Shown piece by piece: positions 29,902 to 40,405 of a stretch of 64,000 nucleotides of DNA; the stretch's first letter is position 1; each line of letters opens with the position of its first letter. Location of the stretch: IMG/VR virus record IMGVR_UViG_3300037479_000183; one strand, given 5' to 3'. The DNA comes from a virus. The notes below the pieces were generated by a model. The model was not told the DNA's origin. It searched no databases and was given only the letters and a program-made list of their open reading frames with translations. Position numbers and translations under genes: made by a program.

Positions 29902-31506
29902 CTAAAATTTCCTCACTTTAAAACTTGGCTTACTCATCTGGCGGCGGATTGTAAGCGAAAGCATCGCGCACGCGAAGGCCAAATCCTTAAAGGCGTTTTT
30001 GATTTCGTTTAATTGGATATATTGCTTATGCGTGCCGACCATTTTGGATTCAAGTTGGTTATGTTGTGTGATGAATTCAGAATAAAACTTCTGTGTCAGC
30101 TCATCCCCTTCGTCCCCTGTGCCCGTGCCACGCGGGATGATGAACTTTCCCATCGACATCACAGCGCGGTGATTTTTCCACATTTCATCGTTGGAGGCGT
30201 CGGAGGCCACATAGCCGGTCTTATCGCGGTTGTCTGGCGGGTGCCAGATTTGCGGCTTCATAATCGGATTGGCACCTTCTGTGAAATACGGCAGCAATTT
30301 ATCCTGCCCCGCCGAGAAGTCGGGTATGAGTTTCCAACACCCCGCCCTGTGAAACAACTCCTTCACGATATCAACCTGCAGGGGCCAGTCTAGAATGCCA
30401 TCCTTGGGGTCAAGACGTTTCCAATATACAACGTGAAGGCGGCCGTCGATGGGTTCGGCGATGATTATTTCGGTTCTATCATGTAATCTTGCCCAATCAA
30501 CCGCCATGACAAAACCTCTCTCTGGGGCATGAGGGAGGGTGGCGTCGGTATAGAGAGAGTAGTTACCAATTGCCCCACTAGCACAGCTTACTAGCAGGCC
30601 GTGGGGGAAGTAACGGCCAGATTCGGTGGGGAATTTGGCGTTAAACTCCATGTCGATTTCGTCAGATGTCATTCTTGACATCCATTCGATGATTTCTTCA
30701 AACTTTACACAGCCCTCGTCTACCCCTCTTTCCCAACCAAGGCGGTAAACGATGCGGTCGGCCTTGCCATCCCACTCTTCTACCATCTTTCCAAGCTCGG
30801 GATTCCATTTGAGATTGGGGGTTCCAAGAAGCATAAGGCGCTTGTCTCCGTAGGCAGAAAGCAAAAATGGGGCAACAATAACGTGGAACATCTCCCTTTC
30901 AAGGCGCTGACACTCATCAACAACCACGCTGCCGCTTCCACCACGAATCAGTTCTCCCTTAGAAGCAAGTCCGATTGTAAGATTATCAAATCTAGCGCCG
31001 TTTTTTAGCTCAATTCTATCCCAATTCACCACGCCTTCGCCCGCCACGTATTCATTATAAAGGATGGGATTGTCCTCTAGATGACGCCGCACCCTCCGAT
31101 ATACCTGGTCTTGCCCTTTTGTGGGCGAAATACAGTTCCAATGGCGGAAATTGTTGCGCAAAGCGTCCCAAAGGATGTAGGCGGCGTGAACGGTGGATTT
31201 TCCAGTCTGACGACAAGCGAAGGTCATAGATTTGCGCTTATCCTGAACTTGTTCAAACCATTCAAGCTGCCAGGGCGCTAAAAGAAGTGGGTTTCCCTCG
31301 TCATCCGTAAGATAGTAGGCACAAAATGCAGGAAAATCTTCCAAAAGCCTGCCATGAAGCTCGGCGTTGGTGGTCGAGAGGTCAAAGTGCCTCACAAGGC
31401 GGTGGTAGATTTTTAATCGCATTAGATATTGTGGTTCGGTGGTCGCGGTTTGAATGAGTTTTATGATTTGTTTCTCGCGCGCTATGGGCGAAAACTCTTC
31501 TGGCAT
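29902..31506 (-). CDS. terL: Terminase large subunit
   Basis: Walker A CRQTGKST, Walker B VVVDECQ, C-motif LLGTP, RNase H-like nuclease AVDWARLHD, final D in FKDLAFACAM. Confidence 0.95.
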   Translation of the reverse strand: MPEEFSPIAREKQIIKLIQTATTEPQYLMRLKIYHRLVRHFDLSTTNAELHGRLLEDFPAFCAYYLTDDEGNPLLLAPWQLEWFEQVQDKRKSMTFACRQTGKSTVHAAYILWDALRNNFRHWNCISPTKGQDQVYRRVRRHLEDNPILYNEYVAGEGVVNWDRIELKNGARFDNLTIGLASKGELIRGGSGSVVVDECQRLEREMFHVIVAPFLLSAYGDKRLMLLGTPNLKWNPELGKMVEEWDGKADRIVYRLGWERGVDEGCVKFEEIIEWMSRMTSDEIDMEFNAKFPTESGRYFPHGLLVSCASGAIGNYSLYTDATLPHAPERGFVMAVDWARLHDRTEIIIAEPIDGRLHVVYWKRLDPKDGILDWPLQVDIVKELFHRAGCWKLIPDFSAGQDKLLPYFTEGANPIMKPQIWHPPDNRDKTGYVASDASNDEMWKNHRAVMSMGKFIIPRGTGTGDEGDELTQKFYSEFITQHNQLESKMVGTHKQYIQLNEIKNAFKDLAFACAMLSLTIRRQMSKPSFKVRKF

Positions 31507-32117
31507 TAGACCTTCTTTCCTCCTAGGGTTTTGGGGGCTGGTTTTTTGTCTTTACTTTTTTCTTTTTGTCCCTCTTCAACCTCTTTTGCTTTCTTTAACT
31601 GCTCAGATAGCGACGAGCGTGGGCGATTTTGCCACTCAATTTCGAGGTTTTCGCCATATTCCGCCCTCGCAGCCGCAGCTCCAAGCTTAGCCTGCTCTAG
31701 GAAGTTACCAGTGGTTTGCTTAGTGCTGCGATGTTTCTGCATGGCGTCGATTATGATGTTTCGATATAACCGAGCTTGCTGTTGAAGCTCTGGATTGATG
31801 CCTTCGATGGGGGTATGGCGCTCGTATTCGTTCCATATCTCTAAATACATCGTAATCCTAGCCAATGTGTCGTATTCCGTATCTGTTAATTCACCGTTGG
31901 TATCCTCTTCTAGCTGTTTCCTCACGCGCTTGTAAGCTTTTTGCTCTTCTACCGTCTCAAGCGCTCCGCGCTCAAGTTGCGACTTGGCGCGTCGCAGCTG
32001 ACCTAGTAGGTCGGCTGGCGGCGTCTGCGTGGTCGAAGTAGTCGGCGCTTCCGCATCTTTCTTCCGTGTCGTGCCATCGTCTCCCTCCTTTTCAGACATA
32101 CATATTTCCTGTATCAT
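31506..32117 (-). CDS. Probable terminase small subunit
   Basis: Helical 203-aa gene coupled directly upstream of TerL; basic C-terminal tail. Confidence 0.5.
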   Translation of the reverse strand: MIQEICMSEKEGDDGTTRKKDAEAPTTSTTQTPPADLLGQLRRAKSQLERGALETVEEQKAYKRVRKQLEEDTNGELTDTEYDTLARITMYLEIWNEYERHTPIEGINPELQQQARLYRNIIIDAMQKHRSTKQTTGNFLEQAKLGAAAARAEYGENLEIEWQNRPRSSLSEQLKKAKEVEEGQKEKSKDKKPAPKTLGGKKV

Positions 32118-35100
32118 CAGATGTTTCTGTGGGTTGAGAAAGAATTTTTTGCAATTCGCGCATTTGATTCACTTCTTGCTCCTTTGCCTGATAAACTTGA
32201 ATTAGATTCGCCACGAGTTTGGTAAAATACTCCTTCAGCTTGTCAAGGTCGTCGACATGACAGACCATTACCACAGCTGCACCGCTGGGTAGTTCAATCC
32301 GCGTAGTCACGAAATGTGTTTCAGTCATTTTTATCTTGCCTTGCAATCTCCTCAATCGTCTGTTCCCCAGCTTCAATCGTCTTAATCAAAGCGTCGTGAA
32401 CCTCGGCGGGAGTTTTCTTCTGTTCCAGCGCCTTCGCGAGAAGGTCACGGAGAACCTGTAGCGTCTCCAACTTTGCAGCGTGAACCTTTATGGCCTTCTC
32501 ACAATCCTCCAACCTTTCACGAAGAGTGGTCTCGCTATCCTTATAGATGATGGTAAATGTCCTAGAGACCCTTCCATCCTTGCGTTTTTCCTCACCAACA
32601 ACCGAAATTACCCTTTCAGCTTCAGGAATTTGGCGTGCAATAAACTTCAAAACGCTTCGTCGCCAATCTATAAACTCATCGGCGTCAGCAGTTTCCTCGT
32701 ATTCTGCCATCAGGCTGCCTCCAACATCTGCTTAACTTCCTCTTGAGCTTCAGTTGCGCCCTGTAGCTTCGCTTTAAGGTCTTCAATAAGCCTACCGAGG
32801 CCAGAATAAGCCTCTTGAAGCGTCTCCTTATCCTCTTTGAGGGTTGTAGTGATGATAAGCTTCACCTTATCCTCTTCTTGGATTATTTTTGCTGTCGCAC
32901 TAATAATTTCGCTGGGCTGGATAGAGAAAAGAATGCGCTCGATGATATCGATTGCGCCTTCCAACTCTTCAACACGCGGTAACTCCACTTTCAGTAGTTC
33001 CATCCTTTGCCACCTTTTCTGTAAACTTAGCGACGTAGCCCATGCCTGCCATGAATCCTTCCCTTTCCTCATCTGGCATTTGGGCCAGACGATTGCCAAT
33101 CATCATCATCATGTTGATGCCGGCCAGGAAGCCTTTGGTAAAGCCGGCCGATTTTCCTTCAACTGCTTCTGTTACGCCGCCAAATAGGTCTGCACCAAGC
33201 TTCGACGCGTTTGCCATCTTCTCTAGTTCATCCACTTAACCATCTCCTGCTACATAATAAGCTTTTCTGTGGAAGCATCGTTTACATAACTTGTTTAAAG
33301 GTTGCCTCATCGGGCCTGTTACTGTTTTTAGTAGTTTACGATTAAACCAGGGAGGCAAAGCAAGATTATCCTCCCATGTGTAGCCGCATTTTGCACACAT
33401 ATAGGTAGTTATGGAATCGCCTCCAATTCATGGCCGCAGGTTTCACACCACGGATGTTCGCGCCCGAACACTTCTGACGCATTTTCACACGCGCAGCGGC
33501 ATTTTATTGTTCGACAGTAGGCACACATTTTGCGCAACCATTTTCTCGTTTGTATTCATTAATTAGCTCCGGGATATAGTAAATTTTGCAGCGCGGGCAT
33601 TGCCAAAAATCAACTTGCAAAAAGCTGGCCTCCCGTTTTATCGGGCTCCCCACCACAAAAAGCGCATCTCTTCTCTTCTGGTAGCAGCAGATATCCACAA
33701 TCTCGGCAGACAAAATACTTTACCTTGTAATCATCAGGCATAACCGGGCACCTCTTCGGGTTTTTGTCCATTATAGTTAACCCACTCAGCTCTTCCAACC
33801 CAAATGGTTGGGGATTCCTCATCTGCGTCATAGCGTAGGAACTTATCACTTTTCTTCTTTTTCAATCCTTTGATTTCTTTTTTCTTGATGTGAATATTGC
33901 CAACAAAGCAGTTGCCTGGCTCAACGTTGGCTTCCTCGTCGCTGGTTGTTAGAATTATTACAGAGTAAGCTCCAGGTTTTCCCATACAAAAGAAAACTCG
34001 TTTGCCACTTTCAAGCGCTTTAACCTCGTTGGCAGTAAGCAGAACGAACACGCCCTCCTCCCGGGCTATCATGTCGGCTTCAGGCAACTTCATCAATCCC
34101 CTTTATATCTATCATCTCTGTTCGCTTCGTAAGCAACCAACCCTCCAACTCGTATATCTGCGCCCTTGCGGCATCGAGGTCTTCTGTATCTATCGTAATG
34201 CTATATCCTGTCCGCTTTTCTTCCCCCTTCTCTTCAGTGATGAAGTAAGCGGTAATTATAATCCGGTCAGCTTCCGTATCCGACCACTCAATCTCACACC
34301 CTGTGTTATTCGCAAGGGATTCAAGTAGGTTGCGCAATTCCATTCCAAGTTCAGTCAAGAATAAGCACTCCATCTGTTAAATAATCTGAAATTTTTGCCA
34401 ATCTTTCAGCAACTTTCTCCAAATCTTCGTCTTTCTTGACGGGTTCAACCCACCCTCTTGCAAGCCTGTCACCTTCAAAGGATGTCCAAACATAGAAATA
34501 ATCTCCCTTCTCCTCCACCCTCCATTCACATCGAGTGCAGATAACGAGTTCGCAAACATCTTGAAGAGCTTCTTTATTCATCTTTCACCACAGTTACTAT
34601 CTGAACTGGTATGTCTTTCCGTCTGCGACGCAAGAATTCCTTAATCCCCAGACTAATTAGGTCTGCAATCAGCACCGCCACTACAATAATTAGAATCTGC
34701 TCCATTATACTAGTCATCGCTCATCGGCTCCTTCGCTGCGGGTATTGAGTCGAACTTTGCGGCCAGCATACCGAGGTGTAAGCGACAGAGGGATATAACA
34801 TGACATCTATAGTTTGGGGAGGGAAGATAAACTATACACTCCTGTGGGGTGTAGTTTTCTTCATCCCAACAGATGTCGCAGTCTGCCTTCTTCTTGACTA
34901 AGTTATATTTGAATGTCATAGAACCACAATAGGATGTAGAAGGCAGTCGACCGTTGATTTGCCACAAGTGCATTCGACATTAATCTTCCAAGTATTATCT
35001 CTGTCATGTATTGGGTAAACTATTGTATATTTTAGTGGCGCATCTAGTGCATTAATCTTCGCCTCAATGCGCCTCAGCGCCTCTTCTATGGCCTGCAGCC

Positions 35101-35755
35101 TGGCCTCAAAGCCCGGGCCTGGCTCGGCCAACACAGCGCGCGCGGGCGTTTTTACGATTTCAATGTCGACATCTACGTATTTTTCATCTGTCATTTTTAT
35201 TCACTCGTTTTTATAAATATCATACGCTTGTGTTTCATCAAACTTAATGTTGTGGTTTCTAAGTAGGGTTTGAAGATAGTCGAACTTGTCTTGGCCGCAG
35301 CGGACACAGAAGGGGTCAATTTCATAGTCTCTATCCCAATAATGTTCTGGGCAGTGGGCTTGACAATAAAGAACTAGATTGGGCGCTCTGACAATCCATC
35401 CGCCGCTATATCCTCCACATTCTGAACATTTGTTTTGAAGAGCGGTTTTGCATTTCTCACAGAATAGTTTGGGGGTGTGGATAACATAAGAGGTTTTCTT
35501 CAAAACTGGCTCCCCACATCTCCCACACTTCCCTACCATCTTCCCACCCTCATGGCATTCCCAGCAGATGATGTCTTTCAAATCCACATCTTCAGGCTTC
35601 CAGTTTAGATGGACGAAAATGCCCGCCCGGCTACACTGCCCGCAGGCCACTTGACCGTGCCATAGACCATCCGCGCCCTGTGTAAAATCAACCATCATTA
35701 GCCTCTTGGCTGACAAGCAACGCATCCTTACAGGCCTTACACGCCAGTGTGACAA
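32092..35755 (-). CDS. Block of about 12 small hypothetical ORFs upstream of terminase, several with Zn ribbons (e.g. 33504-33713, 34710-34973, 35201-35755)
   Basis: Contiguous, overlapping minus-strand ORFs in the track; multiple CxxC pairs. Confidence 0.6.
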
Positions 35756-35883
35756 ACTCCGCGCCTTGCCAGATGATATAGATATAGCTGGGCTTGGCCT
35801 GGCAATGCCAGCAGGTTGTTGGGCTGGGCCGCTTCTCTACGCGAAGCATTCTTTCTAATAAGTCTTAAGTATATATTCGCGGG

Positions 35884-36090
35884 CTAGTATATAAAGGTTC
35901 CGGCCGCGCCGGGCCCTAACGGACGTGGGCCTGCCAGGCCTATAGGCAGGGGGCCTAGGCCTGGCCGGGCCTTACATATGCGGGTTCCCGTATAGTTAAC
36001 ACAGCGCGCTCTTGACTGTTGTGGGAAGAACCCACTGTAGTATATTTCCAGAAGAGTATCTCCGTTAGGCGGGTTTCCTTTATATACTAG
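35884..36090. promoter_or_regulatory. Divergent TATA pair forming a perfect 14-bp inverted repeat
   Basis: CTAGTATATAAAGG at 35884-35897 and its exact reverse complement CCTTTATATACTAG at 36077-36090. Confidence 0.75.
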
Positions 36091-36983
36091 GCACAGAAAC
36101 GCGTATAAAACTACAATTTTGCAGAAATAACCACAAAAATCGCCCAAACGTCGTTTCCCTCGTGTTCGGAAAAATCCTGCGCGCCTGTGAAAAAATTCAT
36201 CTATAATCGCACAGAATGCCATTAGATGCGTTCCAGCTGACCAAACCACCAACATCCTAATAAGCTTCCGCCCCACAAAAATCTTTAAGGTGGATTGCCC
36301 CGACCCACGCTCTCAAAACGACTCGCTAGCCCCCCTAGGGGCGTTTTACAAATGTAAAGGGGAAAGGAAAGGGGGAAAGGCTAGGGTGTCCATTCCCTAG
36401 CGTCATAGGGGGTCGCAACCCACTTGCTTTTGTTCCACGGGCCACGCCGCCCCACCCGGCCACCGTCGGCTAGCGTCAGGCTTGAGCCTTCTTCCCTCGC
36501 CGGAAAGATGATTCCCGCGAAGCCCACTCCAAGCCCCGTTTCCACGGCTACCGTTTCTGGGCAGGCCCGGCCCCGATGATAGGTTCGGACGTGATAGGGG
36601 CATCGGTTGTAGCCTGTTTCGTTCCTGCGCTTCTGCCACGCATCCATATAGCAGGATGGACAAATCTTTGTAAGCCCATCCCGCCCGCACCTGTCGCACT
36701 TCACCAATTGCGTCATAGACTCCAATACTCGCCTGACCATATATAGTTTGTGTCGCCCAGCCGACACTTATATACCCCATCTACGAAAATCGTAGTCGCC
36801 CCACATATATAAACTTTTGCCTAGCCCGGCTCGGCCCTGCCGCCGTCAGACAGGCGGCTGACGAGCGTCAGACTTCATCTTCGTCGTCCCAATCGCCCGA
36901 TTCGTCGTAGGCATCGTAGTGGTCAGAGTCCTTCCCGCCCTTTTCCTGCGCCTTTGGGGTCATAGACCTTAATGGGGGTCAGG

Positions 36984-39671
36984 GTATATAAAGTTTTGTC
37001 CGATGGGTGAAACTACTCAAAAACGCGTAAGGGGGAAGGGGGGCGTCAGACAAACGTCCTACGCCTGTCTGTCAAACTCCTGCTCTAGTTCCTCCTTCAA
37101 ACTGGCTTGAAGTTCCGCCATCGCTCGGGATGCCTTCATTCGCGTTAGGTAGAAACCCAACTGGTCGGCCAGTTCCCCAAGACTCTTGAGTTCCGCCATC
37201 GCCCTTGCCATCGCCTCATTCATCAACGCCTCATCGTCCATATACCTCAATGGTCGTCAAAGTATATGAAGTTTTACCCCATCGGTGAAAGTTTGCGACC
37301 CAAAGGGGTTTACCACCACCCGCTAGACGTTCCACGCTTCACGGCAATCTCCGCGCTTACCGCCAAGCACCGTGCCATCCCGATGGCGTTAACCGCCACC
37401 GCCTTCTTCGCCTGCCACTCGGGGCAATCGCGCATCCCGCCCCAACCCAATTCCGCGTATTCGTCGCATATCTCGCACATAGACCCCAATAGGTCGGTGG
37501 GGTATATAATCTTTTGCCCTATGAGTGAAAGACTCCACCCGGCGCGCGTCTATATAAATCTTTGCCTGCTCGCAACAGCGGGCGCTGTGATAAACTTTAT
37601 GTAGTAGCGCAAATCGGCCAGCGGGCTGGGCTTATAAAACTTTCCCTGCCCGCCGTAGGTTCTCCTCTCTCGTTACCTGCTCTAAATGCTCTGGGTTGAC
37701 GCAGAAGGTTCGGCGGCATAGGTGGTCAAGAGTCAGGCCCGGCCTGATAGGCCCGGCTAGCAACTCATATATGAATCTATGCCCAATGCGAACCGCCCCG
37801 TTTGCCCAAATCGCGGCGTAGCCGTGTCTCTCCGCGCCGCCCCAAATCCAGCAAGGCGTAGCCAGAGAGCCGCGATAGCGGCGTATCTTCCGCCTCACTC
37901 GCTCCGGCAATTCTCGGTAGTCCATCTTTTCACCTGCTACCCCATTCGCCTCAAGGCATATAAAGATTTGCTCGATGAGTGAAAGTAACATCGATTGGCA
38001 AAACTTGATATAGTTACACAGCGCGGCGCTGGGCGGGCGTGGGGTATATAAAACTTTGCTCGTCGGCCTGTCGGCTGACGGAAGATGGAAGCGGCGTCGG
38101 ACGGGCGTCCGACTAGTGGAGAATACCCAACCGAAGCAGGTTGTCCAGAATGAGTCCCCGCGTTCCGAACAGCAACTCCAACTTCCTCTGCTGGACGTAT
38201 TGCCTGTATTGCGGAAGCGACTTCATTTCGTCGATAATCTCCTGAAGTTTCGCTTCCTCTGCCGCCGCCTTTGCCTTTGCGAATTGCTCCTCGGTTATTC
38301 CGCTCATACTACCCCATACCCATCGGGGCACATATACTTTTCCCTTCCGCGACGCCATCGCCCGCATATATAAACTTATGCGTCAAAGTCGCATTGGCCG
38401 CGTGGCTTCTGTGTTCGCCAGCAAACTTGAATTGCTCCGTTTGTATCAAAGCGCAGACTGATAGGCGCACCACAAACACAATGCCCATAGGCGCATCGCC
38501 AGCCTTGTGTGAGATACGCGCCGCATAGGTCGCATCGCATAGGTGCTAATGGCTCTGTGGGTATATAAAATTATGCTTCAAGGCGAAGGCGCTCCGGGCG
38601 CTATATAAAGTTATGCTCCCGCGCCGCTGTGAAAACTTTTATATAGAAACGCAAAACGGAAATGGGAGGAAGGATATAAAGGTTTGCCTCACAAGCCCGC
38701 CGCCTTCAACACTAAGGCGACGATTGGCCCGGCCAGCAGGCACAGAAGAAGGTATATAAAGATTTGTCTCTCAAACTCCTCGGGCGGCGCTCGGGTGAAC
38801 ACGGTTACCACCCTTCCGCGTATCGCTCGCGCCACGCCGCGAAGTCGCTATCCTCACCGTCGCCGCGCCACTCCGACGTATCGACCGCGAACAACTCGCC
38901 CGCCGGGTCGCGCACCTGCGACCCTGCGTAGTGTATCATTCCCGCCGCCGTCTTGCCCTTCGCGTCTATCACCAGCATTGGTTTCACCTACCCCTTAATG
39001 GTCGCCGTAGTATATCAACTTTTCCCCAATGAGTGAAAGTTTGATAGGCATATAAAAGTTTGCCTACCAGCCGTCGCGGGCGATACATTCGCCGCACCCA
39101 AAGGTGCGGGAAGGGTGTTTCTCGGCGTGAAGGCGGCGCTTCAACTCCTTCTTGGTTTCCGCCATCAGCCGGGCCGCGTCATCGGCGCATACGTCGCAAA
39201 GCGCCACCTTTAGAACCTCAACATCCTCCTCAATCGAGGTTTCCATCGGGTTCCTTGGCGCGATGCTTGGCGCAACCGGATTGACGTAAAGCGCCCTCAA
39301 CTCACCGCACTCCGCGCAGGTTCCGTAGCCCTTTATCACGTTCAATTCCACTTTCATCTTTTTACACCTCACCCTGCTATGGTCGTCGCGGTATATGAAG
39401 TTATGCTCCATTGGTGAAAGTAAAAAAAGGCCCGCCACCGTTCTACTTCTTCTTCGGCGGCGGCACCAACTCTCGCGCGGGCGGCGCGTTTCGCGTCCAG
39501 AACGAAACGTAGTGGTCGAACCGCGCGGCTATCTCCGCTTGCGTTCCGCCCTTCTTTTCGCACCACTCGCGCAACTCTCGAAGTCGTCTTTCGTAGGCAC
39601 TCTCTCCTATGGGGCTCACCATACCACCTCAACAACATCGAAGTATATAAAGTTTTACACAATGAGTGAAA
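36984..39671 (-). promoter_or_regulatory. Seven archaeal-type promoters, each with an upstream TTTCAC(T/C)(C/G/A)AT motif at fixed spacing
   Basis: Plus-strand AT(G/C/T)(A/G)GTGAAA at 37003, 37281, 37521, 37975, 39029, 39410 and 39662, each 19 bp from the G preceding (T/C)ATAT(A/G/C)A. Confidence 0.8.
37632..37925 (-). CDS. HNH endonuclease (HNH_3-like)
   Basis: CWIW..GY..HRFIYELLAGPI..LDHLCRRTFCVNPEHLEQVTREENLRR. Confidence 0.92.
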   Translation of the reverse strand: MDYRELPERVRRKIRRYRGSLATPCWIWGGAERHGYAAIWANGAVRIGHRFIYELLAGPIRPGLTLDHLCRRTFCVNPEHLEQVTREENLRRAGKVL

Positions 39672-39680
39672 CTACTCAAA

Positions 39681-39706
39681 AATGAAAAATGGGGGCCGAA
39701 GCCCCC
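39681..39706 (-). terminator. Hairpin terminator with a cUUCGg tetraloop
   Basis: Minus strand GGGGGC-TTCG-GCCCCC followed by ATTTTTCATTTTT, just after the stop at 39719. Confidence 0.7.
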
Positions 39707-40405
39707 TTGCCGCCCGGCCTAGCCGGTGGCCCGCTTGATGGCTTTTAGGATGGCGGCCTGCTTTGCCTTCTTGCTCGCCTTCTTTGGCAAGCCTAGCGAA
39801 GCGGGCCAAAGGCCCGACTCCTTGGCCCGCCTGCCAATCCCCGCGACGGGGACGATAGGCGCGGCGGCCTGCTCCTTCCGCCTTCCGTCCTCAACTCCGG
39901 TCGTCCGAAGGTCGTCATCGCTGATGTCGTGTTCGGCGTTGAAGTCGGGCAACTCGCCCGTCGCCTGCGGCCCGCGCCCGGCCCGGCCCTTGGGGGCCGC
40001 CTCTAGCCACGGCTTCAACTCCGGCGCGAAGGTGTCCGTTGGCTTCGGCGCTCGCTTCACGACATAGGCAATCAACTCCTTCTCCTGCTTGGTTGTCATA
40101 GACCCCAGTAGGCGTCCCAACTATAAATAGTTTTACACAGCGCGCCCTTCGCCCCGGACGGTATATAAAGATTTGCCCTATATGAACTTTTGCCCGCCCG
40201 CCGCCCGGCCCGCATATATAAACTTATGCCCAGCCCGGCCTGCCGCAAGCCTTATATAGAAGGGCAAATCGGTTTTCCGGGCCGATATATAAAGCTTTGC
40301 CCAGCCCATCCGTCCGCCCGCCGTCAGACACTCGCCGCGCCTGTGTCAGACAAACATAAGACGCAGAAGAATTAAAGGGAAGAAGGAAAAGTCGGCTTAG
40401 ACTCG

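Noticed and set aside
35884-36276. 130-aa minus-strand ORF in the hinge region
   Set aside because: It runs through promoter repeats, has no RBS and has a non-protein-like sequence.
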